Assembly: GCF_000143415.4 (NCBI RefSeq)
Contig: NW_003314410.1
Span: 208,485 to 272,484, forward strand
Origin: Selaginella moellendorffii
Taxonomy: Eukaryota > Plantae > Lycopodiophyta
Length of the DNA stretch: 64,000 nucleotides
Direction: 5' to 3'
The position numbers were made by a program, and so were the translations under genes. Shown here one piece after another: positions 53,001 to 64,000 of the stretch; positions within the stretch are counted from its first letter, which is position 1; every line of letters starts with the position of its first letter. The notes below the pieces were generated by a model that worked only from the letters and a program-made list of their open reading frames with translations, was not told the DNA's origin and searched no databases.

Positions 53001-56000
53001 GACACCAAATGTGCCAAGGTGTGATACCTTGAGGCTATATTGGTGGGTTCATGAGAACCCCTTGCCAAAGGAATCCCAATGGAAATGGGAATGGCATAGC
53101 CTAAGCTGCAGAGCATGCAGTTGGAGTGTGGTGACCCAGATAATGATGAAGGTGTTAAAGCACCAAACAATGAGTTGTAGGACTTGACAACTATGAGGCA
53201 ACTAAGCAAGAGGTGCAAAATAACTGGTTGAACGGGTAGAAGGTAGCTACCCAAGACTTCTTAATAGCATAGGGAAGTCGGATACACCCTTACGGGGGAT
53301 AAGTTGCTTGTGTTGCGATATAGTAAGTCAATGTCATAAAAGAAAATACTCATTGTCAAGAAAGCCTAAATTGGGACACCCGAACACTCTAGAACACCAG
53401 AAGGTGGTGTTTGATGTTGCGAGGGCAATAGATAAGGCCCAAGGGACTAAGTCCCTAGCGAATGATGGATAGAAGGTGCTATCCAAATGTCCAAGGTGGC
53501 GGAGACAGGAGAAGACTGTCTACTCAAATTGGACAAAGCCAAAAATGGAATTTTGGTAAGGCTAGCGATGGGCATGTAAAGGCCCATAAGCAACAACGTA
53601 ATCTCGGTGTGTGGGATTATAGGGTGAGCATACCTGGATTGAGGAACCACTCCCTAGGCTATCGGGTAGGTGCACCCCTAAGAATACTTGCTAAGGCATG
53701 ATAGAAAGTGCAAAGCTATCCTCCTGGTCTGGAGGAGAATGACCAAAGGAAAGGTGTGAAGCCAAAAGCAAGAAGTAAGGGGGTAGAACCGAACCATAGG
53801 AATCGAAGGGCATAACCAAGGTTGGTTATGCCAGCTGGGAGTGGAGAATCAAGTGGGGGCTCGAGGGTGTTGCCGCTAGCAACCGTGATGCCATGGAGAG
53901 TCTAAAATATGGAATTGTCCATGTTAGACTATATGGTAATTGGAAAGCTTGCAAAAAGGGAGGCCTTAGCAAGCTGAGGGACAGAGTTCCTTCAAGGTTC
54001 CCAAAGACGATTCTAGGTAGCTTAGTACCTAGAAAGGCCAAGTGTAAATGGTTCATGGAACGTGCGAAATCAGAGTGGTGCAGCAGAAGCGTGGTTTTGA
54101 AGCTTGCCATGAGGCAAGGCTATCAAGGTTAGGGAAGTAGTTCCCGAGTGTTCAAAGAGAGGGCTTTGAACGAAAGTCGATAGTCAAGAACTTTCACGCT
54201 TATGCAGGAACCATGTTACAGTGGTCGGAGGACTTGCCAAGCGAGATTGGCACGTCGGGGGAACAAATACCCTAGTTGAAGGTGATAACTTCGAAAAGGG
54301 TGGGCCATGGGGCCAAGCATGGAGGAGTCCATGCATGATCACAGACATGTCAAGTGAGAGGACTTGGCAGTGTGGAGGAACTAGGTTCCTAAGCTGTGAT
54401 CTGTAGCGCGCTTTAAAAATAAGTTGGTGCACCGGCGTGGGGAGGCACGCCAGGCATCTTGTGTGATGCCGTCCGTAGATGCATATACGGAGGTTGGGTT
54501 CGAGTCCCGACCCTCTAGTGCTTGGGTTCGAGTCCCAAATCACTAGGGCGTGGTGATGGTTTGGAATATGAGGACACTCATATTTCGGTGGTCATGGACT
54601 CTCAGTGGGGAGACTGGTTTAGGCACACCGCCAAGCGAGGGATGCCTCGGAGTCGTGATGCACGGTTAGATTGCTTAGTGTGAAAGCTCAGCATATCTAA
54701 CTTGAACGCTTTGGTGCAAGTGGCACCAAGGTCGTGGTGAGTGAGATGGGGACACCTAATCTCAGTTGCTATGAACCCTTGGCCGTAAGGGCTGGCTTGG
54801 GTGCACCGCCAAGTGTGGGGGATGCCCCCGGGGTTATAGTCAACAACTTGGAGGTCTAGAAGACCAAGTACCTCTTGGCAACTCTGTTAAGGTGCCAAGG
54901 TGATATCACTAGGTGATCTTATGGCCAGATAAGGACAAGGTCCTTGGTTGGCTAAGGAATGAAGTTCCTGGTTCAAAATGTTGAAATTGAACTGTTTAAG
55001 GTGGTGTGGCTTGGTCGTGATGACCAAGTGGGAAGAGCACCTAAGGGAAATAAACTATGTCCGTGAGATGGCATAGTGAGTCCTAGGAAAGTAGTCTCTA
55101 TAAAAGACCCATGGGAGGGTCACGAAGTTGGGCCGTGGATAGAGCCCATAGCAGAAGATGCTAAAGAGACGTACTAGGGGTGAACATCCTCCGGACTTGG
55201 CAAAGAAGAGTCTTTGTTATGGAACCGAAACAATACCTCAAGGAGGGAGGTAGAGATTCGATGTTGCTTGGTGCAACAATCAACGGATAAGAGCAAAAGA
55301 TGAGTGGCCAAGATAGGGCCGTGGAATCCCTTGGGGGGGAATCCAAGTGACAAAGTTAGGCGAGGAACACTAATGTGTTGGACGCTAACAAGTTGCAGGA
55401 AAGGAAGTGTGTTTCCAAGGAGGGATTCCGAAATGCTCCGATTTGGCAAAAGTGGAAGCTCCAAGGGAGGGAGCGGTAAGGTAGCCAAATGATAGGGCCA
55501 TGAACAGCCCTAGCACAAAGTATGATAACTGGAACTTTGGCACGAAATAGAAGAGAGGATGATGGTGCCCTCGAGTAAAGAACTTCCTAGGATGGGAAGT
55601 GGAGTTGCACAAAAGGTGCAAGGCAAGGTGTCGGAGACACCTAGGAAATTGACTCCAAGAAGTCAAAATTCAAAGTTCCAAAGTGCAAAGGTTATATCGA
55701 TGGAAATTGAGACTACTCGAGAAGGAGTAGTGGGATTGACTTAGAGAAGGGTCTCTAAGAGGTTTAGCGAGAACTAAACCAATAAAAGGAGAGAACCATT
55801 ACATGTGGTCCAATCAGTCTCTAAGTTGGAGAGACTACGCTCCTTAAAGGATGGACAAGGCATGGTGAGCCTTTGATGTCAAACCATGGACAAAGATTGG
55901 CTAGGTGCCAAGGATGGAAATGGTAACACGTGTGGGTGTTACTTTATGAAAGGGTTTACCGTTCGATGAGGACATCGAACTTCGTCTATGGGTGGTGGAG

Positions 56001-57881
56001 TTGTGAGACACAAAATCCCTAGGCCCCAAAGTGGAGCCGGAAGGGCGCCACATGGTAGTGGCCGAAGCGAGAGCCAAATGAGCGTAACACGTTTGGACCA
56101 AAAGCTCCAACTTGAAAAGTCAAGAGCGGGAGTGGAACTCCCAACGAAGTGCTCGAGGAACGAGCACGAAGCGAGCAAAAGGCAAGGCTCCAAAAAGGGA
56201 CCCAAAAGGACCAACACATGACACGTGGGAGTGTCCGAGATGGACTCGAGTTGGAGTCCAAAGTGGAGTCCGAGATGGAGTCCGAGATGGACTCGAGTTG
56301 GAGTCCAAAGTGGAGTCCGAGATGGACCCGAGTTGGAGTCCGAAATGGAGTCCAAGATGGACTCGAGTTGGAGTCCGAAGTGGAGTCCGAGATGGACCCG
56401 AGTTGGAGTCCGAAATGGAGTCCGAGATGGACCCGAGATGGAGTCCGAGATGGAGTCCGAAGTGGAGTCCGAGGTGGACCCGAGATGGACCCGAGTTGGA
56501 GTCCGAAGTGGAGTCCAAGATGGACCCGAGATGGAGTCCGAGATGGAGTCCGAGATGGAGTCCGAGGTGGACCCGAGATGGACCCGAAATGGAGTCCGAG
56601 ATGGAGTCCGAGATGGACCCGAGATGGAGTCCGAGATGGAGTCCGAGATGGACCCGAGATGGAGTCTGAGATGGGGTCCGAGATGGAGTCCGAGATGGAG
56701 TCCGAGATGGAGTCCGAAGTCAAGACCGAGACCGGAACCGAGACCGGGACCGAGACCGAGACCGAGACCGAGATCGGGACCGAGACCGAGGCCGAGGCCG
56801 AGGCCGAGACCGAGCCCGAGCCCGAGTCCGAGTCCGAGTCCGAGTCCGAGTCCGAGTCCGAGTCCGAGTCCGAGTCCGGAGCCTGAGAGGGTGAAAGCCC
56901 AAAGCGTTCGTCTCCCAGACCCTGGGGGGTTTGGTGAGCTCCAAAAGTATAGTAGGGGGAGGACTGCAGTGGAGCCAGTTTGGCCAGGAAAGGCCAGTTT
57001 GGCCCAGGAAGGCCAGACCCAGTGTTGGGTGAGGAACTGACTACTGGGAAGTCCAAGACTAGAGTGAATACGGACCGACAAGCGGGGTAGCTTGGTGAAG
57101 TGTTCAAGAGCCGGCTCTAGTTCCCCCGGGAGATCGACTGGCCGATGCTCCCAGTCCAAGTGTGGGTGGCACTACCTACTTGGATACCTGGTGTGGCTCA
57201 ATGGAACCCGCTCTAAGCCCATGGCTAGAGCACCCAAGGGCAGAAGGCGAGGAGAGTACCCAGGTGGCTCGCGTAAGGCCACGGTGTTCCAAAATGTTGT
57301 CCCCAAGGCCCAGACTGTGGAAAGGAAGAGGAGCAGTCCTCTGGGGTAGTGACCAAGGACACAGTCGTGTGGTGAGGAAGTCCCAGAGGACCGTGGGACT
57401 TAGTGGTCGGGCCTGTGGGTCTCGATCCAGTGGCAGTGTTGGCAAACACGGCCAGGGGCAGAAAGGGACTTAGTGGGGACTGACAGAGGGATATTGGGGA
57501 AGGAAATTCCCCAGGTCTGTGGGCATCCTAAGGATGCTAAGGAGTGGATCTAGGATGACCACTCGTGGACAGATGGCCCAGTCTTGGAGAGACGGGATTG
57601 TGATGCAAGTGGTATTGGACCACTAGTGCAGCAAAGGTGAATGGGCATGGCCTTAGCGTAACGGGCCGAGATGTCAGTGGTACCTTTGGGTGTCGGTCTT
57701 GGGACCGGACACGTGGAGCACTTGGACCAGGTGCAAGTGTTGAGTGGCATGGATGCCATTCTTGGGGCTAGCAAGCCCCAAGTCCTGAATTGGACTGATG
57801 GAAGTTGTGAATGAGACTCCTCCAAGTGGTCGGAGGTGTGGTTAAGTGACTAAAGTAGAATGGAAAATTTAGTCGCTTACA
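50073..57881 (+). mobile_element. Complete non-autonomous (LARD-like) LTR retroelement C, 7809 bp: LTRs 50073-51957 and 56002-57881, non-coding 4-kb interior
   Basis: TG...CA LTRs nearly identical, perfect TSD CATAC, PBS TGGTATCGGAGC at 51961, purine-rich GGGTGGTGGAG before the 3' LTR; no gag/pol ORF inside. Confidence 0.95.
50300..50955 (+). repeat. CpG-rich 6/12-bp minisatellite inside the LTR (also 56230-56880 and 45150-45440)
   Basis: (GGAGTCCGAGAT)n and (GGACCCGAGAT)n grading into (CCGAGA)n, (CCGAGG)n, (CCGAGC)n and (CCGAGT)n. Confidence 0.95.
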
Positions 57882-58730
57882 CATACTTGGCCCGGCTTTT
57901 TAGTTCTCTTTTGCTCTGTCTTGCACTGGCTTGACAAGAACCCTCGTGTATTGAGATTGGTCCCTCAATATCGCTGGATGATAGCTTACCGTGTCTGCCA
58001 AACACCCTCGCTATCATGCCCTTTGTGTTAGTCTCATTTTGGTCCCAAATGCTATTTATGGAAAGTGTCTAGATTTGCTCATTTGGCATATCTACGGAAT
58101 GTAGAGATCGGCCTGAACACAATGGTGTTCGTCCCGTGTCCAAATTCGCAATCTAAGGACATTCCATATTTAGTAAGTTTCAAGCTTGTCCNNNNNNNNN
58201 NNNNNNNNNNNNNNNNNNNNNNNNNNNNNNNNNNNNNNNNNNNNNNNNNNNNNNNNNNNNNNNNNNNNNNNNNNNNNNNNNNNNNNNNNNNGGGGTGGGG
58301 GAAGGGCTGTGAGGGGTTCCAAATGTATAGTAGGGATAGTGGGTAGGTCGGGCATGGCCGACCAACCTGAGGCATAGTCTAGCTCCCGCTTGCGTGCCTG
58401 TCCTTGTTCTGCGTCCGGCTTGGGTCTAAGCCCAAGTTCCATTCCATGCTAGCTGGTGGAGTACCCATACTCTCATGTTAGGCCACCGGTATGCCGAAAT
58501 AGCGCCAGACTCCGTTTGGCTCCGTTTTGCGTGCTGGTCCTGGCATTGGGATGCTGGTTGCTTCAGGACTGTTCCAAGTCGCTCCAGGCCCCTGCCCCTT
58601 CGCTCCTTGGGCTTTATGCTCGGGAGTTGCTCCATGGTCCGGTTCCATCACTCCTTGGCTCCATACTTGGGAGTTTGGCACCGTTCCTTCGTTCAGTGGC
58701 CCAAGGCCCTGAACCTCGGGTTCCTATGGA

Positions 58731-58779
58731 CACGTGGCATGGACACGTGGCATGTGACACGTGGCATCTGTCACGTGGC
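58731..58779 (+). promoter_or_regulatory. Array of four G-box/ABRE motifs (CACGTGGC) in the LTR of element B
   Basis: CACGTGGCA at 58731, 58744, 58758 and 58772; a further CACGTG at 58851. Confidence 0.65.
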
Positions 58780-59629
58780 ACAAAGAGGGTTTAAGTTCCG
58801 CTTCATGGTGTTATCCTATGGTAAATCACCATAGGATAAAGGGTCAAAACCACGTGTGCTACATTTGGTATTAGAGGGTGAGTCTCAGCGAGTACTATTC
58901 AATGAGATTGGGCAACTAGTCTCGTTGCATATGCAGAGATGAAAACGATGATCCGAGTGGGTACACGTTTTGGGTGCAAAAGACTTCGCAATTGTTCCTT
59001 GGGTATGGATTTGGTTACCTTTCGTTCTAGATTATATGAGCTTGCTCTTGGGCTCATAGGATGGATTTGAGGTGTACCATTTTGCACGAGTTTTCGCTTG
59101 GGCTCGTGAGTGAGGCACATTAGCAACTCGAGGTTACACTTTGAGTTGGCAGGATTAATGTTAGCCTATCGGTGGTTCCATGAGTTGTTCCATGTACCGT
59201 GGGTGAAAGCAAACCTCCCTGGGTTTGCTATGAGTGGCATATAGGCTGGTCCGTAGCTGTTTAGCACGGCACTAGTGGATCCTTCCTAGGCATGATTATA
59301 AGTGGATCAATTAAGACTATAAGGGATTAGTCTATTGGTTCAAATAGTCATGGCCGTGCTCTCTTATAAACTTTTCTTCGATTGAACTGAAGGCAGTGCG
59401 AAAGCAAGTTTGAGGTTTGGTCAAAGATGAGACCGAAAAGAGAGTCATCGGGGATGGAGGATCAAATACGTAAATCATTTTCTCTTCTCGGAGAGATGAT
59501 TTGCAACGAGGTGTTAACTCATTACTTGTGTTCACATCATGCAATCAAGAGTCCCTATCTTGATGCATGTTGGAGATGGTGGTTTTACAATGGTGAGTTG
59601 TGGGATGGATAGCGGTGAAGCGCTAAACC

Positions 59630-62600
59630 ATTTTGTCTAAGCTTGCTATTGGAAGACTTAGGTTGCAATGCTCTATTCTTTTTCGAGAAACCTTGCTATT
59701 GCTCCTTGAGTAGCTTGGTGTTGGATTAGTTTTGAGTTTGGTCGGAAAGAGAGTGGCATAAGCTTGTCCATGTTGTGAACAAAAGTTAGTGGTGTTGGGT
59801 GTTGTAAATCTCTATTGATAGAGTGTGGCATTTATGTTGCATTTTGTCGAATTGAGTTAGCACTTGATATTCACATAAACCTTTGTAGTAGTGACATGGG
59901 CATTTTTCATAGTGTTGCTTGATTGATGATCAAGTCATTGTGATTTATATCATATCCATGTGATAATAAGCACTGTGTTTACGAAGTTGCTTGGGTAAAT
60001 GATGATCAACCCCAAAGTGGTTGATGGAGAAGCTAGTCTACTTGCATGAAGTAGCATTGTGGTAGCTTTAACTGGATTCTCGGAGATGGTCCATTATGCT
60101 AAGCTTAAGTTGGTACCTTGTTTCCTTGAGTTTGCCTGTTAGGTGATGGAAAGGGTTGTAGCATTCATTTGCTATAGCTTGTCGGTTGATCCGTTAGCAC
60201 TTGGAGTAGATTGTTGGATGGAGAAGATGTGTAGTTGGGGCATTGACATCACTAGCACTTGTGTTAGTGGAAGTGGCATTGTTATTTCAAGTGATGAGGA
60301 ATTTTCTTTGGACCTTGATTTTTCCATGTCATTTTTCTTGTTAGTGTTTTGGCTTCACATTGGATCTTGAAGGTGATTGAAGAAGAGTGTTAGTGCAATA
60401 TGGATATCCGAAGATGTGGTCTTCGTGATCAAGCCTTGGATGTTCATTTTGCATTTTGCGGATGTCGGAATTGGATATCGAAAATATGGGCAAAAAGATG
60501 TTCGATGCTTAAGCATATTATGGATCATAAGAATCTGTGTTGAGGTGAACCTATGTGAAGTTGTTTGTAGGAGGAAGTTGGTTGAGTCTTGAAAGTTTGC
60601 AATCCTGGACTAAGAGTCATTCTTTCTCTAGGATGGAAATTTTCCACAAATTTTCTTAGACTTCCCCAATGGCTGATCTGTTGATCACTTTGCTGAAAAC
60701 CATTCTATTTTTCGTAAGCCAGTACAAACTAGTGAAGGGGTTCGAGTTAACCTTGGTTAACTTAGACCTTAGTATATAGTTTGTATGATGCGACCCGAAA
60801 GGGATGCTGACTTTTGGGGCTAAAGCAATTGAGTTGGATAGAGTCTGGAGTTAGTGTAGAAAAGTGGCCGTTGCACTTTTCTCAGAAAGGTGACCCTTGT
60901 ACCTTTCTTTTGTAGCGTTGTGCTTGGTGGCAGGTTGCACCTTGCATTACGTTAGACTCTATGAGAGTAGTGAGCTCTCACTGATCTTGACTTGGTCTTG
61001 GTGGCCCTGCGCCTTGGCTGAGGATGGTGATGTCCAATTTAGTTGTTTGAGATTGAGATGTTNNNNNNNNNNNNNNNNNNNNNNNNNNNNNNNNNNNNNN
61101 NNNNNNNNNNNNNNNNNNNNNNNNNNNNNNNNNNNNNNNNNNNNNNNNNNNNNNNNNNNNNNNNNNNNNNNNNNNNNNNNNNNNNNNNNNNNNNNNNNNN
61201 NNNNNNNNNNNNNNNNNNNNNNNNNNNNNNNNNNNNNNNNNNNNNNNNNNNNNNNNNNNNNNNNNNNNNNNNNNNNNNNNNNNNNNNNNNNNNNNNNNNN
61301 NNNNNNNNNNNNNNNNNNNNNNNNNNNNNNNNNNNNNNNNNNNNNNNNNNNNNNNNNNNNNNNNNNNNNNNNNNNNNNNNNNNNNNNNNNNNNNNNNNNN
61401 NNNNNNNNNNNNNNNNNNNNNNNNNNNNNNNNNNNNNNNNNNNNNNNNNNNNNNNNNNNNNNNNNNNNNNNNNNNNNNNNNNNNNNNNNNNNNNNNNNNN
61501 NNNNNNNNNNNNNNNNNNNNNNNNNNNNNNNNNNNNNNNNNNNNNNNNNNNNNNNNNNNNNNNNNNNNNNNNNNNNNNNNNNNNNNNNNNNNNNNNNNNN
61601 NNNNNNNNNNNNNNNNNNNNNNNNNNNNNNNNNNNNNNNNNNNNNNNNNNNNNNNNNNNNNNNNNNNNNNNNNNNNNNNNNNNNNNNNNNNNNNNNNNNN
61701 NNNNNNNNNNNNNNNNNNNNNNNNNNNNNNNNNNNNNNNNNNNNNNNNNNNNNNNNNNNNNNNNNNNNNNNNNNNNNNNNNNNNNNNNNNNNNNNNNNNN
61801 NNNNNNNNNNNNNNNNNNNNNNNNNNNNNNNNNNNNNNNNNNNNNNNNNNNNNNNNNNNNNNNNNNNNNNNNNNNNNNNNNNNNNNNNNNNNNNNNNNNN
61901 NNNNNNNNNNNNNNNNNNNNNNNNNNNNNNNNNNNNNNNNNNNNNNNNNNNNNNNNNNNNNNNNNNNNNNNNNNNNNNNNNNNNNNNNNNNNNNNNNNNN
62001 NNNNNNNNNNNNNNNNNNNNNNGAAAAGTGATTCAGTCGTGGACTATGCTAACTCTACAAGCGAAAGAGTTAGTGATCAATATTGGAAAGTTTGAATCTT
62101 TATTGGGTTTGAATTGGAATATATTGATCATTGATGATTCCCCTTGTGCTTGTTACGATGTGAGCTATGTCTTGCTATAAATGGATTTATGGAGGATCGA
62201 TTAGATGATCACTTGTTGAGCATAACTTCGTTATGCTTGGCTTTTGGATTGATGCAGATATGCTCTTCATTAGCTTTTGCATTATGAAGTTTAGCTTATG
62301 GATGTATTGAAGGGGATATTGTGGTTCTACCATGATTTCTTCTTTAGTATTGAAGTTAGTTCGTGCGAGACTTGTGATCATTGTTAGACAAGACTTGGCT
62401 ATAAACTTTTTCAAACTTTTGGTCCTTTGAGTTTATTATGCTCATTGTTCCATTTGTTAGAAGTTGTTGGGGGGAAGGCATTTTTGGCTCTTTAGCTTCA
62501 ATGTACAAATTAGTATTTGCATCTAGCAATCATTGGTGATGATTGACTATCATCTAGGATAATTGATTATCCTTATCAAAGGTTTTGCTTGATTATCGTT

Positions 62601-63360
62601 GATCTAGAATGATTTGCTATACTTCGGGATGGTGGATTCCTTCTTAGACGATGATTCTGCATATCTCTTTTTGATAAGATGATCGATGATCTTTCATGAT
62701 GGTTAGTTATTCTTTTTTATGGCTTATGGCTTTTCGCAATACCACATGTTCTTTGTGGTTTGCTCTGGATTGGTCTCTTGGGTTTGAGACATCAGTAGGA
62801 TGTTGCTGACACTTGCTTAGGCAACTTGAGTTCCTTGGTGTTATTGGCTGGGATCTATCCGGATTGGCTAGTGCAATGGTTGATATGAATAAACGTTTGT
62901 TTGCTTTGCAACATTCATTTTGTTCTGTTGATTATTGCTCGAGTTAGTTCTCATAGATTAGGATGTTATTTCCTTCGGGTGATACATTCGCGAGCATTGT
63001 GCTTGTTAGTCAATGATACTTTGTGTTCTTTGAATTGTGTTTTGTGAGTTGTTTGGCATGCTATCTGCCATTTTTGGTAGTTAAGTTTTATCATTGAGTT
63101 TCCTTGATGATCTACTTGCTATTGAATTTTGTTGGATGGTGATTCCTATGTTTATCAATTATGATGATCTTGGTGGTTCCTATACTGTAATACTAGTTTA
63201 TCAGATAATACCTTACTTGGAATACTTTTGTGTTCTAATATAAGATTTATTCACTGATAATTCCGACTCTAAGATATCATTGTCTATGACTTTGATATTG
63301 TCCATCTATTGATCTTTGAGTTTGGGCCAGTAATAAGCAGACTGGCTTCGGCACTTCGTG
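59630..63360 (-). mobile_element. Highly decayed retroelement coding-region-like fragment, antisense within element B
   Basis: T-rich plus strand like element A, with faint RT-like remnants near 60600-61060 and no intact ORF. Boundaries approximate. Confidence 0.45.
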
Positions 63361-64000
63361 TGCATGTTGAAATCTCTAGTCATGGGGTAGCTACTGTCGA
63401 CTGGTCACATAACCCGCCTCTCTGTCGATGTTCCTTATTCCGTTGAAAGGGCGTGACCGTGTAAACAACTCTAACTGCCTATTTACAGTAGTCTATCTAA
63501 ACCTTACCGACGGGTTTGGTTTCTTTGCTTAGGAGGGTTAGGGCCTCTGGCTTCTCTCTCTATGTTCCTGCAGGCAAGGGCATATCACACTTTTGTAGCT
63601 GGGTGACCCCCAAAGCAGCAAGGGTGGCTGACTTCGTTGGTCATTTCCTTGTCGGCGACGGCTGGAAGGTGTCTGAGCTGGTAGCGCATCCGCGTTAGAC
63701 AAAGAGGTTGCTCCCTAACTCATTTAAGTTGGTGCATTTCTCATATAGTGTGAGTACCGTGTACTTTTTCTGGAGTTGTTTCCTTGGCGGTATTCTAGAC
63801 TGGAGTATGCATCGACGAGGACGTCGATCTTCCCCAAGGGGGGGAGAGTGTCGCGAATGTGACTTCGGGTATCGAAAGATACTTGTCGACCAGTCCTTAT
63901 GGACACTCTTTCCTTACTGCCATGACGGCAGGAGGTCGGTACTGCTGGTTCCCTTTATTGGCCCCTCTTGTTCAAGTGTTAGTAAACTGGACTTAGCATC

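Larger units (their letters stand above)
49861..64000 (+). mobile_element. Non-autonomous LTR element B: 5' LTR 49861-50072 plus 57887-58863 (split by element C, spans a gap), PBS ~58866, PPT ~63836-63848, 3' LTR from 63849 running off the window
   Basis: 49861-50012 and 63849-64000 differ at 4 of 152 bp and both start TGTCGCG. AAGGGGGGGAGAG precedes the second copy; ...GCTACA-TT-TGGTATTAGAG marks an LTR end plus tRNA-Met-type PBS. Continuity across the N gaps is inferred. Confidence 0.7.

Noticed and set aside
54425-54512. tRNA gene
   Set aside because: A T-arm/B-box is present but there is no acceptor stem or properly spaced D and anticodon arms; reported as a structured element instead.
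44904-57159. Long ORFs (250-406 aa) rich in SD/PR/GL/ET dipeptides in the LTRs
   Set aside because: They are open in several frames on both strands because the 6/12-bp minisatellite lacks stop codons; no domain content.
60897-62180. 350-427 aa ORFs
   Set aside because: Almost entirely N gap.

Overview
Eukaryotic land-plant genomic DNA, most likely the lycophyte Selaginella (inferred from ~50-70 bp GT-AG introns, very short intergenic gaps, intronless microbial-type terpene synthases and an SS-repeat-rich PPR gene). 1-8 kb is a tandem array of a head-to-head cassette: microbial terpene synthase-like (MTPSL) gene plus PLP aminotransferase. It holds one complete MTPSL, one running off the window, one MTPSL pseudogene, and one intact and one broken aminotransferase. 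8-41 kb is a compact gene-rich block (mitochondrial-type ribosomal protein S18, HISN7/IMPL2, FtsHi2, ABC1 kinase, DEP1, USP-domain kinase, XLG, PPR, RAD50) with two patches of decayed gene fragments (ARF, nucleotide-sugar transporter, APE2, PrfB). 41.9-64 kb is a nest of LTR retroelements with three assembly gaps in the window overall. The most striking observation concerns two non-autonomous LTR elements: a complete 7.8-kb one at 50073-57881 with TSD, PBS and PPT, and the one it landed in. Neither encodes a protein; both are built almost entirely from back-to-back short stem-loops. G-U pairing favours the sense strand, a duplicated block shows compensatory changes, and both share an AGGA-loop hairpin just before the PPT. 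This suggests a structured-RNA type of parasitic retroelement. Exon boundaries were read by eye, so CDS coordinates give the gene span.
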